DNA of 59,181 bases, counting the filler, from Porpidia crustulata (taxonomy: Eukaryota): assembly GCA_964255105.1 (NCBI GenBank). It is 2 parts of 2 records of this genome, joined end to end, with 100 filler letters (N's around TTAATTAATTAA, not from the genome) between each part and the next. Parts side by side here need not be neighbours in the genome. Positions count along the whole stretch, not along the records: positions 29,886 to 59,181 come from CAXUWE010000026.1; 1 more part is not named here. One strand, 5' to 3'. This document shows positions 30,301 to 41,317 of the stretch, piece by piece. Position 1 is the stretch's first letter, and the number at the start of each line of letters is the position of its first letter. The translations under genes and the position numbers were made by a program. The notes beneath the pieces are model-generated. The model was given only the letters and a program-made list of their open reading frames with translations. It did not search any database and had not been told where the DNA came from.

Positions 30301-33300
30301 TCAAGTCTTCACTTCGGCGCCCCCGACTGTCTCGACACTCGCACCCTTACTGGCATCATCGACATCGAGCGGAGTATCCCCATCTTCCTCATCGTGTCGA
30401 GGCCGGATGATTTCCACGCTTAGCTCCGGGTCCTTGGAATACACCCTCAATCCTACCACGCACACAGCGTTCCATGGATCGTCGGCAAACTCCGCGTTCT
30501 CTTCATCGTCTTCGGCCGCCGCATCTTGGACGGGCTCGGCCAGAGGAATTTCGGGAGGGAAGTCAAGATCGCTGTCAATGGAGCTATCGAAGGATGCATC
30601 TGAGTCGTACTGCCAATCGTCCTGACCCGCTATAGTCGAAGGTGCAACGGCCACGGCGGCGGTGATAAACCCGCCGTTGACATGGACTGAGGGGATCGAC
30701 TGCAAAGCGTTGTGAAAATGTTCGGCCTTGGGTTCGGCTAATGCGTCGCCGGGTGTTTCGACTTCGCTAGGCTTGTCGACGTTGACTCTGGTTGCTGAGT
30801 TGGCGACATCTGATTTTAGTGTGGGGTTCTTATCCTCCGGTGGAAGGCCATTTGTTAGCTTTCCTTCCGCTACTGCTATTGCTCCACTGTTCTCTGCCTC
30901 ATGATTAGAGGGTGCCGAATCACCAACATCTGGGTTTGGCCTGGTGCTCTTAATCTCCGGCGTGATCCCATTCTTGAGCTGGTCTTCATGCTGAGTATTC
31001 TGAGGCAATGCTGCTGATGTAGCCGGCGCATCCGACTGCAGTTCAGTAGATTGAGGCATAGCAGTAGTGGCGGCTGTAGCCTCATTTGCAGATCGGCCAT
31101 CGTCAGTAATGTCCCCATTTACATAGGATGCAGCGGTAGCCTCAGTTACAGGAGCATTCTGAGGCAAAGCTGATCTCTTCTTAGACCTCTTGCGCTCATG
31201 CTCTTCTTTCCTTTTCGCGTGACGCTTCTCTCTGGCTCTTTGCTTTTTCTCGAGTTGCCATTGTTTGAGTCGCGCAGCCCGGACCTCTTCGCGTTCCTTT
31301 TTCTTCGCAGCTGCCTTCTTCTTTTCCTCGCGCTCTTTGCGTTGGGCCTTCTCCTTATCCGTCTCCTTGACCTGCCCCTTTGCGTGTGCGAGGTCATATG
31401 CCAGCCCAACCTGTGTAAGCTTTTCTGGCCTGTCCTTGCAAGTCTGCTTGATGATCTGCTCCGGAGTAGGGTCTGTAGGCCACCTTTTGGAGGTAATTTT
31501 CATCAAGACGGAGTAGGTGCCGGGTTCCAGTTCAAGATCTGCACTGACTGATCTAGACATCCGATAATTTCCATGGCTACGGACGATATAGTCGTTTTCG
31601 CCATCTTTCTCGAGTCGGAAGTGTAGTGAGAAAGTATACTGTCCTTCCAATCCTTTGAAATAGCGATCATCAAGCTGTTTATAATTAATTAGAATTATTT
31701 ATATTGGAGAATTGCGACCTACCTGAGATAGGACGATGACGACAGGGCCCCGCTTCGTGAGGGTTATACTGAATTTGGTATCATTATAGTCCGGTGACCA
31801 GGATACGTCTACTGTTGTCCATTGCTGCGTTATGTGCCATTCTGACCCAAAAAGACGTGTGCGGTTAAAGCTTTGGTAATTGCGAAGAAGGTCCTTGTAT
31901 GACATCCAGAACATCTGCAGGGAGTAAGCAAGGCGCATAATCAACATCGAAGTTCCAAGGATCTTACTCCATCATCGCCAAATCTGTGATCCAAAAGTTG
32001 CATCCATTCAGGGGTCCATTGCTCAGACCCGTCACTCCAGGCCCCTCGCCATTCCCCTTCACCCCAAGGATTTCTGAACACATCCTCAGCGGTTGAAGCC
32101 ACGAATCAGTGTTATCCACTCACCGAATCCGCACAAGTCTTTCTCCTTTGACTTCTCGAGCATCCATGACCGAGTAAGCGTGTAGCCCAATGACGCCTTT
32201 CCTGTCGCCGCTATCTGCACCTTGCCATGTGTCGAAACTTCCGGTCCCACAACCAAACAGGAATTCCTTGTTGACTTTCAGAAGTTCTTCGGTCCAGAAC
32301 TGGTCAATGTCGAGAATATCAGTAGTGAACAGTTCGGTAGTCACGCCGCCCGTTAAATCCTCGACAGCTTCCCTGCTAGTTGTCAGCAGATGAACCTCTA
32401 CTTGAATTCGGCGTCCTACCCAGTAAAGCCTCCATCAATAGCACTGTAATCACCATGCGCTTTGGCGTATGCCTTTTCCAACAGAGGTAGCCAGGTCTCA
32501 TTTTCGCTGCTACATTTTGCAAAGTATAGTGCGTCCGAGCCTGTTTGACATGACTTCCGATATTTCTCTTCCGCGTCTTGTCTGTTGGTTTGTGCAAATG
32601 TCCGCTTCTCGTCTGGAATGCTTTCGTACCAATCCGAAGCGATGAGATATAATTTGTCATCGATTACAGTTTGAATCCACTCGCCATCTAATCTTATTAG
32701 CAAAATGAGTTTGCAAGGAAGATGAAAATAATCTACCTCGATGGAAGACAAATCCGTAGACTCCAACCTTCTCGTCACGTTTTACACATATTCTGTCAAT
32801 CAAGTTCTTCTCATTTCCAAGCGCACACAGTGCAGAAAGAAACCAACAGTCTCCGCTTAGGCCTTGACGTACATCGCTTGCCGTGGCACCTTCGTGGTAG
32901 AATACAGGCTCTTCGAAGATATCCTGCCGCGCCGTAGCTCTTAGTGATGAAATTTACAACAAACCCAAGCTGTAGATGACTCACCGGCACACGCTTGACG
33001 GATTTTGGAAGAGCTGAATCGCCGTTACGCCCAAATAACCCGTCTAGACAGTCCCGCGGACCAGGGCCGGCCCGCTTCAGGTCGAATTCAATGTCGAAAT
33101 GCGGATCTCGGTATTTCATGTTCACCCTTCGACATTCCTTGGCGATCTTTTCGACGGCAGCGATGCATTCCAAAGCTGCTTGGTCATAAGATTTGAGAGC
33201 CGCCTGACCATGCACGACGCCTTTAGGAGACTTTGCAGCTTTGGTAGTGGCATATGCATTTGCCGGCAGTATTCGCTGAGGCTTCCCCGGAAATTTTGAT

Positions 33301-33428
33301 GTGAAGCAAGCCCAGAATTCATCTATACTGTCCTGGGGAGTCTTGGTCCTGAGTTTCTTGCTGATGGGTAGGGCCGGTGCTGAAGGAAGCGGTAGTCCCA
33401 TATCCGGGTTTTCTTCTTCGTACTCCAT
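30301..33428 (-). CDS. Calpain-family (peptidase C2) cysteine protease, multi-exon
   Basis: Catalytic triad motifs DVRQGLSGDCWFLSAL, GLHAYSV and R|NPWG, with LLEKAYAKAHGDY, domain III, a charged coiled coil, and the end DPWNAVCVVGLRVYSKD. Confidence 0.9.
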
Positions 33429-34394
33429 TGCAGAAAGCGCTCCACCCCAGTCTTGTCAGATGGCACAGAGATTTGAGAGCAATAAGCTTCTAGTATGGAG
33501 ACCACATGAATATGTGGATTGCAGAACAAGAAGTCTGCTTTGCCCTGAGGTTGAAGAAGTTTTCAGCCGTCGCCCATGCAAGCCCTTATCGACATCCATG
33601 CCGGGCGCAATATCAAGCTTGTCGGATTTACGAATCGGAAATCAGGGGTTGAAGGCTGATGCGGCTCAGCGGCGTCAATGTACAAATAGGGTAATGATCA
33701 TATAAATTCATGGTCTTGGTTGGTGCAGGCTTTATTATTAATAATTCAGTATTATTATTTTGGAGTTTGGTGCTTCACCACTTGGGCCCTATGGCCCTCT
33801 GGTGCTGTGCTCGGTGGCTCGCTAATGCCACCAGATTTCCTTGGAATTCATATGATAGGGCTGAGCACTCAAGCAATGCCACGGAGGTCCGCTAAGAACG
33901 TGGCGGCGGGATTCTTCTCTAGCGCGCATCATCTAGAATCTCACGATCGCTACAGATAGACAGCTTGCTTGGACACAATAAAAAAGGGGTCGACCGTACA
34001 AGGATCATTCTCTGGGTTTGACCCGGGAAGGTTGGAGTATTCTGTGCTAGAGATTTGCAGAAACCTCGTCCGCAATGAGACGTGAGATGTCGCGGGAATT
34101 AAGCGGAGAGAGAAGCATTGGGTGTGAAGTAGTAAAACAAAGGATTGATAGAGCTATATGAATCATGCGGCGCCGAGAGCGCCCCGCCCAGTCATTTATC
34201 CTACGAATGCCTTAATTTTGAAACCAAAAACCTCGACGCCATAACTTACATACAAGGCACCGGGCTGAAATATCTGCTACCCTGTCCTAATGATATTGAG
34301 CCTAACAATCATCGCATAACGCCATACCATGCAGAAGCTACTCCTCAGCCTATTGTCGGACCGGAGAAGAGGTATCTCTGATTCAGTGCAGTGC

Positions 34395-35496
34395 TCAATG
34401 GAACCCATTGGTCTTCCCTCTACCAGAATAGGCGCTGCTTCCGGCTTCAAAATATGGATGAATACAAGCTTGCTTAGCCGAGAGACGTCCTGCAGGATCA
34501 TAACCCAGCATTGCGTCGAGGAGATCTAGTCCATTATCGTCGAGATTAGACACTAGAGGTCTCGAGTAGTCGCGGGACCATTTAGGAAACGAAGGCTTGA
34601 AGTCTGGGAATGAAGTGACGCCGGGCCACGCATGGTCATCGGGGGTGCCCAGGAGCCTGAATTGTGGTCAGCGTCCCTTGTCGACATGATAAAGAAGCTT
34701 TTAGGCATACCGGAATATCTTGAAAATCTCATCGATCTCCGAATCCCCCGGGAAGAGTGGTTTACGCGTGCACATTTCCGCAAATATGCATCCAACCGAC
34801 CACATGTCAACACCAGTCGAATACTGGCGGCCGCCAAGCAATATTTCCGGCGCACGATACCATAAAGTAACCACTTCGTGTGTGTATGTTCGTAAGGGTA
34901 CACCAAAAGCTCTCGCCAATCCAAAGTCTGCCAGTTTCAGATTGCCGTCACGGTCAATGAGGAGATTTTGCGGCTTTAGGTCTCGATGAAGTACACGGTG
35001 GCTATGGCAGTATCGCACTCCTTCTATCAACTGGCTCATGAACTTCTTCACCATGTTATCGCCTAGGCCCAATCTTCCTAGATCGGGGCCGGAACCCTCT
35101 GGAAAGGCCTTCCCTCTGCCACCATCACTGACTGGGAGTGCCTCCATGTACTTCTTCAGGTCAAGGTCGAGAAATTCGCAGACTAGATATAGCTTGTGGC
35201 CGTCCGCGTGGACAATATTCAAGAGACGGACGATGTTCGGGTCGTTCATCTCCTTCAAGAGTGAAATTTCTCGGATGGCTGTGCTCGGTACCCCTTCATC
35301 TTCAGCTTCTAATCGGATCTTCTTTAGTGCGACAATACGCGTGGGATGCGTCAAATCCCGAGCTTTGTAAACCACACCGTATGTACCTAACAGATGGAGT
35401 CAATAAGACCCTTTGGTACTAAGGGGCATGCTGAGAGGCGCAAAGGGATGCCTTGGTACCTTCTCCAATCTTTTCGAGTTTTTGGTAATTCTCCAT
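34395..35496 (-). CDS. CDC28: Cyclin-dependent kinase 1 (Cdc28/Cdc2/NimX)
   Basis: [73 protein letters not shown] and GDSEIDEIF. Two introns. Confidence 0.97.
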
Positions 35497-36001
35497 TGTA
35501 TGTATGCGTATTCGGACGGAAGGTTATGTAAACCGATTGATAGAGACTGGAAGGACGTGTAATTTCGAAATTCGAGTTGGTTGAGGTTCAATTCTACCGT
35601 AAAGTATGTCCTTTGGGGCCTCTCTGGTGTGATATTTGGCGAATCTCAGTTCAATTGTAGCCACAGAAGTAGAAGTCCATTTCAAAGGGCCATCCTTTAT
35701 ACGCCACGTAGGAACTATGTAGTTGTAGCGATTGGTGAGGTGAGGAGAGATATCGTGTTGTCACTCAAATAATCACGATGTAAACAGAGACTCCTCAGGC
35801 TCGTAAATTGCAAGGGTACGGTTTAGCGCCGGAAATCGGAAATATGGCTCTGGTTTCTTGAGGAACGCGAGACCGTACAGCACCAAACTCCATGCATCAA
35901 TCACCAAGGAATGATAGATGTCCTCGAGCAAAATGCTTTCATCGGAGTAAATTTTTCACCGGCGTGCAGTCGTGGTTCAGGATCAAGTCTATTGAGTCTC
36001 A

Positions 36002-37156
36002 ATGGCTCGTATCAGAGGCTTAGATCCTCGCCAAAAACCGCCCGAGTCTGTAAAGGCCGTTTACAAACATTACGAAAAGCTTACGGCTGAAAGGATTGAT
36101 AGAGACGCTGAGGTCGTCGATTTTGTGCGCGGTCTCAATTGTCCGCAGAGAAGTAAAATTACCAAAGTCGGAAATATGACAGGCTGCAAATTGGAGAACT
36201 CTGGCTCTCGCATTAGCATTGGAGAAGCGTCAGAGAGCGACTATGTTTCGGTTCCAGTGTATCAGCATGAAGGATTACCAGGTGAGAGCCGATACGATCT
36301 ATGGACCCGAGTGTTTGGATTTGATGATGCAGGCCTACACTTAATACCCTCCTTGTTCTCTCAGGAAATGCAACAAGATCTACTGTCATGTTTGATGCAT
36401 GAGGTTCTGGCTGACGAGAGGCACACGAACAATCTGCATTTGCACTATCGAATCCCGTACCATGCTACTCATGACGAGAAAGAAAGTGACCCGCTTCTAG
36501 GGCAAATATCATTCAATGATCACTGTGAGAACGGTGCCTCATTCTTTAACATTCCTCCAGAGTCTCGTGAATCCTTCATTCCCCTTGACCCAAGTATTCA
36601 CAAGCCATTGTCGATCTCTCAATTTCTGCACAAGAAGTTACGATGGATAACTCTAGGAGGCCAGTACGACTGGACTGCAAAAGCATATCCTGCGGAAGAA
36701 CCTCCGGCTTTCCCCAAGAAGATTGTAGCTTTGATAGGCAATCTTTTCCCTAACATGAAACCCGAAGCAGCTATTATGAATGTATATACTCCAGGCGACA
36801 CATTGAGTGTGCATCGAGACGTGAGCGAATACTCTGACAAGGGTCTTGTCAGCATCAGTCTTGGCTGCGACGGAGTGTTCGTTATAGGCCTGGTGGAGGG
36901 AAAGAATAGGAGTCAAAGCTGTCTCACGATTCGCCTTCGGTCAGGCGATGCAATCTATATGAGCGGGCCGTCACGCTTCGCTTGGCACGGCGTCCCCAAG
37001 ATTATTCCAGATACTTGTCCGCAATGGCTGAGAGATTGGCCTGCGATTTCGCCATCCAAACCTTTGAGAGGTGGCCAGCCGAGCAGGTACGAAGCTTGGC
37101 GAGGCTGGACATCAACAAAGCGGATCAACCTGAATGTGCGACAAATGAAAGATTGA
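36002..37156 (+). CDS. AlkB/ALKBH1 (Abh1)-type Fe(II)/2-oxoglutarate dioxygenase
   Basis: KLRWITLGGQYDW, YTPGDTLSVHRDVSE (HxD), LRSGDAIYMSG.SRFAWHGV and RINLNVRQ. Probable in-frame intron at ~36282-36332. Confidence 0.9.
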   Translation: MARIRGLDPRQKPPESVKAVYKHYEKLTAERIDRDAEVVDFVRGLNCPQRSKITKVGNMTGCKLENSGSRISIGEASESDYVSVPVYQHEGLPGESRYDLWTRVFGFDDAGLHLIPSLFSQEMQQDLLSCLMHEVLADERHTNNLHLHYRIPYHATHDEKESDPLLGQISFNDHCENGASFFNIPPESRESFIPLDPSIHKPLSISQFLHKKLRWITLGGQYDWTAKAYPAEEPPAFPKKIVALIGNLFPNMKPEAAIMNVYTPGDTLSVHRDVSEYSDKGLVSISLGCDGVFVIGLVEGKNRSQSCLTIRLRSGDAIYMSGPSRFAWHGVPKIIPDTCPQWLRDWPAISPSKPLRGGQPSRYEAWRGWTSTKRINLNVRQMKD

Positions 37157-37433
37157 GAGTCTAAAGATCGGAGGCGATTTCGTGGTCGTTGGTGAATCTA
37201 CTCTGCCAAGCTATGATAAGAACTCCGACTGTAAATGCTCGAAGAAATCCCGTCCACAATTCAGTTTTAGATTAAAAGCTCGAACGCAGCAACACGTTTC
37301 CGCGTGTGCAGCAACGACTATTCATCTCAATCCATCGTTCCAAAGCGCGTTCGATTGCCTGGGAAAGCGCGTTCTATTGATACAATACTCATCAGAAAGA
37401 AATTACATCTGCGAGATCCTGACGCGAAAAACA

Positions 37434-38933
37434 TCAGGTTGAAAAAACTCTCGATTTCACGCTGTGCCAAGACTCCCTAACAGGTTTGGGAACCTCATGA
37501 ATTGTACAGTATCCACATTTCCCCACTCCTTGGAGCGACTTCCTGGAAGGTTCCATGAGGCATCCCTGTTCCGGTCCGAAGAATGTCGTTTGTGGTTCGC
37601 TGGCTGGAGAGAGATCTTCTAACCGAGAGACCTGCGCTGAAGATGTAACCTTGCTGATACTGATGCTGGTGGTAGTTTCCTCGTGGAGAAAGCTCAACGA
37701 CAAGCCGTCATCGGCCATGCGGCGGAAGTCGTCGGCGGACTCGCTTGTATATTGCAGAAGATCGAGCCCCTCAAAAACGATAGGAGAGTGGAGCTTGGCC
37801 AGTTCGGTAACATTGTCGAGACTGAAACGTGTAATGGGCGTGCCCTTTGGTACTTGAACCTTGAGTCCGAAAGGATACAGGGGTTCCAATTTAACCTGCT
37901 GGTTAGATTTGACCGTTTCATTGGCATCAATAACGCTGTACATTGGTACGTCGGCACACAAAAATTTGAGGCCAAGCTCATCCTCACAAATCTTATAAGA
38001 CACATCACTGTCCGTTGGCTTGCGACCGAGGCTCAAAGAGACATTCGTAATATCCAGATAGGGAGTGCTGTGCCAAGGAGTCACGGGAAACGTGCTATAA
38101 CGGTTGTGAGGCAACAAGGCCACTGAGATTTTGCGAGTATTATCACTCATATGGATCGATAGACGAATGTGTAACGGGGACTTGCTGGCCACCAAGGCGG
38201 AAAAGGCCTTGCCACGTTCAATCATGCCACGCGCCACCCTAGAATTGTACTTCTTGGCAGCACTCTTGCCCATACCCTTCTCGCGAAAGACTGTCGCCAA
38301 ATCCAATTCTAGGAATTTCATATAGCCTCGATACGTTAAAAGGGCATTATTGTCCTTCTTAATGTCTTCATTAAAGTCATACCCTGAGGGAAGGAAAGAG
38401 ACAAAAAGACGTTCCTTGAGCTCTCCAATGCGAGTTGCATACTCTTCAGCAGTAGTCGGTGGGCTCTCGCTACCAACCAATTCAAAGATGTCCGTGAATC
38501 TCAAGTGTTTCAGTCCCAGACTCGCGGTGATACGGCGAAGACCCTTTGCATAGTCGAAAACTTCCTCGTCGGAAACGCCCAGCAAGTCATTGTAACAAAC
38601 ACCGTCGCTAACAATAGTGACGTGGCCACCAGGCGGATATACTTGCTCAATGCCTGCACCGATAGAGTTGAAATGTTGGAGAGACATGCGTTCACCCACG
38701 TCTGGATCGGGGCCGAGGACCTTGGATTCATGATTGGGGCTCTTGAATGGATACGCAGGCACCACCATATTTACGGGTTCTTGTTTAGCAACAAAGCTGC
38801 GCAGTGTGTCCAACATTTTGGGTTCCATCACGTCTTTATACTTATCGCGTGGGCCGCTGATACGGTACGAGGCAATGACCTCAGCGATGCGCTCAACCTG
38901 AGCCTCATCGACGACCGGTCTCGTTGTCGTCAT
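37434..38933 (-). CDS. Isocyanide synthase (Dit1/PvcA family) with a truncated, degenerate TauD-like C-terminus; intronless
   Basis: [51 protein letters not shown] and TPWH are PvcA/Dit1 motifs. The start could instead be 39050 or 39053. Confidence 0.92.
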   Translation of the reverse strand: MTTTRPVVDEAQVERIAEVIASYRISGPRDKYKDVMEPKMLDTLRSFVAKQEPVNMVVPAYPFKSPNHESKVLGPDPDVGERMSLQHFNSIGAGIEQVYPPGGHVTIVSDGVCYNDLLGVSDEEVFDYAKGLRRITASLGLKHLRFTDIFELVGSESPPTTAEEYATRIGELKERLFVSFLPSGYDFNEDIKKDNNALLTYRGYMKFLELDLATVFREKGMGKSAAKKYNSRVARGMIERGKAFSALVASKSPLHIRLSIHMSDNTRKISVALLPHNRYSTFPVTPWHSTPYLDITNVSLSLGRKPTDSDVSYKICEDELGLKFLCADVPMYSVIDANETVKSNQQVKLEPLYPFGLKVQVPKGTPITRFSLDNVTELAKLHSPIVFEGLDLLQYTSESADDFRRMADDGLSLSFLHEETTTSISISKVTSSAQVSRLEDLSPASEPQTTFFGPEQGCLMEPSRKSLQGVGKCGYCTIHEVPKPVRESWHSVKSRVFST

Positions 38934-41317
38934 ATTTGAAGTCTTGAAGAAGAGTGTCTTGGTGACACTGAGGCGGGATGGGCCCAACGCCTGAGGAGGC
39001 TCGACAGCCCAAGTCTCAAAGCTGGACGTAACTGTAATGGTGTTGGACATCATAATGGCTCGTTATGATGACGAGGAAGAGGATTGTTGAAGTGGTAATG
39101 AAACAACAACGAGAAGAATCAGAAGTTGGATACCAACACTCATGGGAGGTAAAAGTGGTGCATCTGGCCGAGTACACACTATACTATAAAAATACCAGCC
39201 ATCTTACGGCCTCGTGCGCCTTGCAGTCTACCATGTGGCTTCCTCTCGTGTTCCTTGCATTCTACCCTGTGGCCCGCCTTGTATTCTTTACAATCTACCC
39301 CGTGGCTGTGTCCGATTGAACCAGTGTAAGAGATCACGTTATTCCGCGGTGACCGTAAGCTCCGCGGGCGTCTAATCGCTCGGGGCTTCCATTTTTGGAC
39401 GCTCAAAAGTGAATGGTTTCTCCTCCGGTCTTGGTCCGGCCCCTTTCCGCATTCTCATAAATAGATTCTAAAATTATTCTTTTCTCACAACAGTGAAGCG
39501 AATCTCCAGACTAAGACAACTTCATTGGAGCTCCGCCGCAATTGACCGTTCTTCACTGAACATCTCCGATCACCATTTTCGCCCCCTCTTTGAGAACGAT
39601 CAGCTCCATGTTCGTATCTGGAAGGAAAATCTACCATAGCATGAACATTGCACACAAAAATCATCCAAGTTGACGTTCTTAGGTCTTACAAAGGTGATCT
39701 TGTGGAGATCGATGACTGTGAACGATGGCTTGCCACAGAGACATTCGGCGTGCAAACGGAGCAGACAAAAGCACTTTTCCAAGAAGGCGATGTTCTTAGA
39801 AGAGTAGGGAAGCAAAGAATATCAATAGCTAGTAAACACCACAGCAGCAAAAAGTACTTCATAATGTCGACAGCAGATCTACTTCAAATTTTACTCCGGT
39901 GATTGTGAGCTGAGAAGTACACCACAAGCAAAGCCATGAACCTGTCTTTGCAATTCCTATTTTCGTCGATCTTTCACCGTTTCTGCAGCCAGATACTTAG
40001 CAAAGCAAGAGTAGGGCAAGCGGAGATGGCATTCCTTCCAATATCGCCGTTCAAAAAATCTTCGGTCATGTGATTCCCAATCTAAAGGAGAATTTTGATT
40101 GAGAAACGATGGGATATAAATATCTAGAGATCGAGATGGAGACTGCTTGTGGATATTTGGTCACCCAATAAAATACAATTTGAACGCTGTTGACAGGAGC
40201 ACAAACAGCTTATAGGCGCATGCTGGATCCCAATAAGATACGACTCTACCTATTGTGTAGACTCTCATACCCCTGTTTCATCCACTGTCATCTGGACTCA
40301 ACGCGATTACCGCGGACACTCGTCAGCCTTCTCGTACGCGCCTTGCACCCTTAGAAGAACATCGAGTCTGTTACCTGAGCATCAACCACGAGGTGCGGCT
40401 ATGAGGCTGAAGTGTCGGACCAGCTAGCGCACAAGATTTGAGCCAAGCAAGGAAAGCAAAACCAATAATGGTGAGGGGATCAAGCGGTAACGACGAGGGA
40501 CTGGCGCAAGGCGCTTCTCAAGGACGAGGCGCAGACCTTCCCTCTCTTTTGGTCATGAGGTAGTAGTGATGCTTAGGCCAAGCATTGTCACGGGGCGCGC
40601 CCTCATCGGAAAGCGAGAAATCACGCCATTCGTCGGGTGGTGAACTTTTACCAGTATACGTGATATAGCAAAGTGTGAATAAAGCCTCCGTCGTGACTAC
40701 GAAAGTAGTACTTTGCACTCGCATTGTAGAGGAAATGTGCTCGCGTCTTGACGGGCTTCTCTAATGTCGAGGGACAGAGAAGCTCATATAAGCGTGGGTG
40801 TATGACAGCTGTATGTTGGACTGCTTACGAACCAATACGCCAAGGAGATCGGACAGACAACGTTCTGTCACGCAAGCCTTTCAATTGCGAACTATGTATG
40901 TTGAAAAGCATTCCTTTGATACAGTAATGGCCTGGACAACTTCTGAAATTTGAGCGAGGTACTTTCAGGTATATATTAAGCGCGCTTTGTCATTTACGCC
41001 GACTCCAAATGCTTGTCCGCGGGATGCTGACCTGCGTAGTCCGCGTATATGCGGTCGGCAATCCTTGCCTCCGACGACAGTGAATATGCTGGCGGTGAGC
41101 AATCAAACAATAAAGCCATGGAAATTCGATTTCGACGGGTGAATGCTCGGTGGCGCAGCTGATTGGGCTGGACAGGGCAAGACATAATAATAGGAAGTCA
41201 TGCCATTCATCTTGCATCCCCCCCTCCCCCCTCCAACACTCTGGAAAGCGCACACGACAGTCGGTAGGATACTATCTCTCCATCTACTTTCTCACTTACA
41301 CTTGTGCTCCATTCATC

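Noticed and set aside
36002..37156. AlkB-type dioxygenase as a tailoring enzyme of the cluster
   Set aside because: Its motifs match the housekeeping ALKBH1/Abh1 family and it is paired divergently with CDC28. Adjacency alone is insufficient.
39600..40200. Short ORFs between ICS1 and the halogenase as a possible lost cluster gene such as a flavin reductase
   Set aside because: No recognisable motif or consistent splice pattern, so it cannot be supported without a search.
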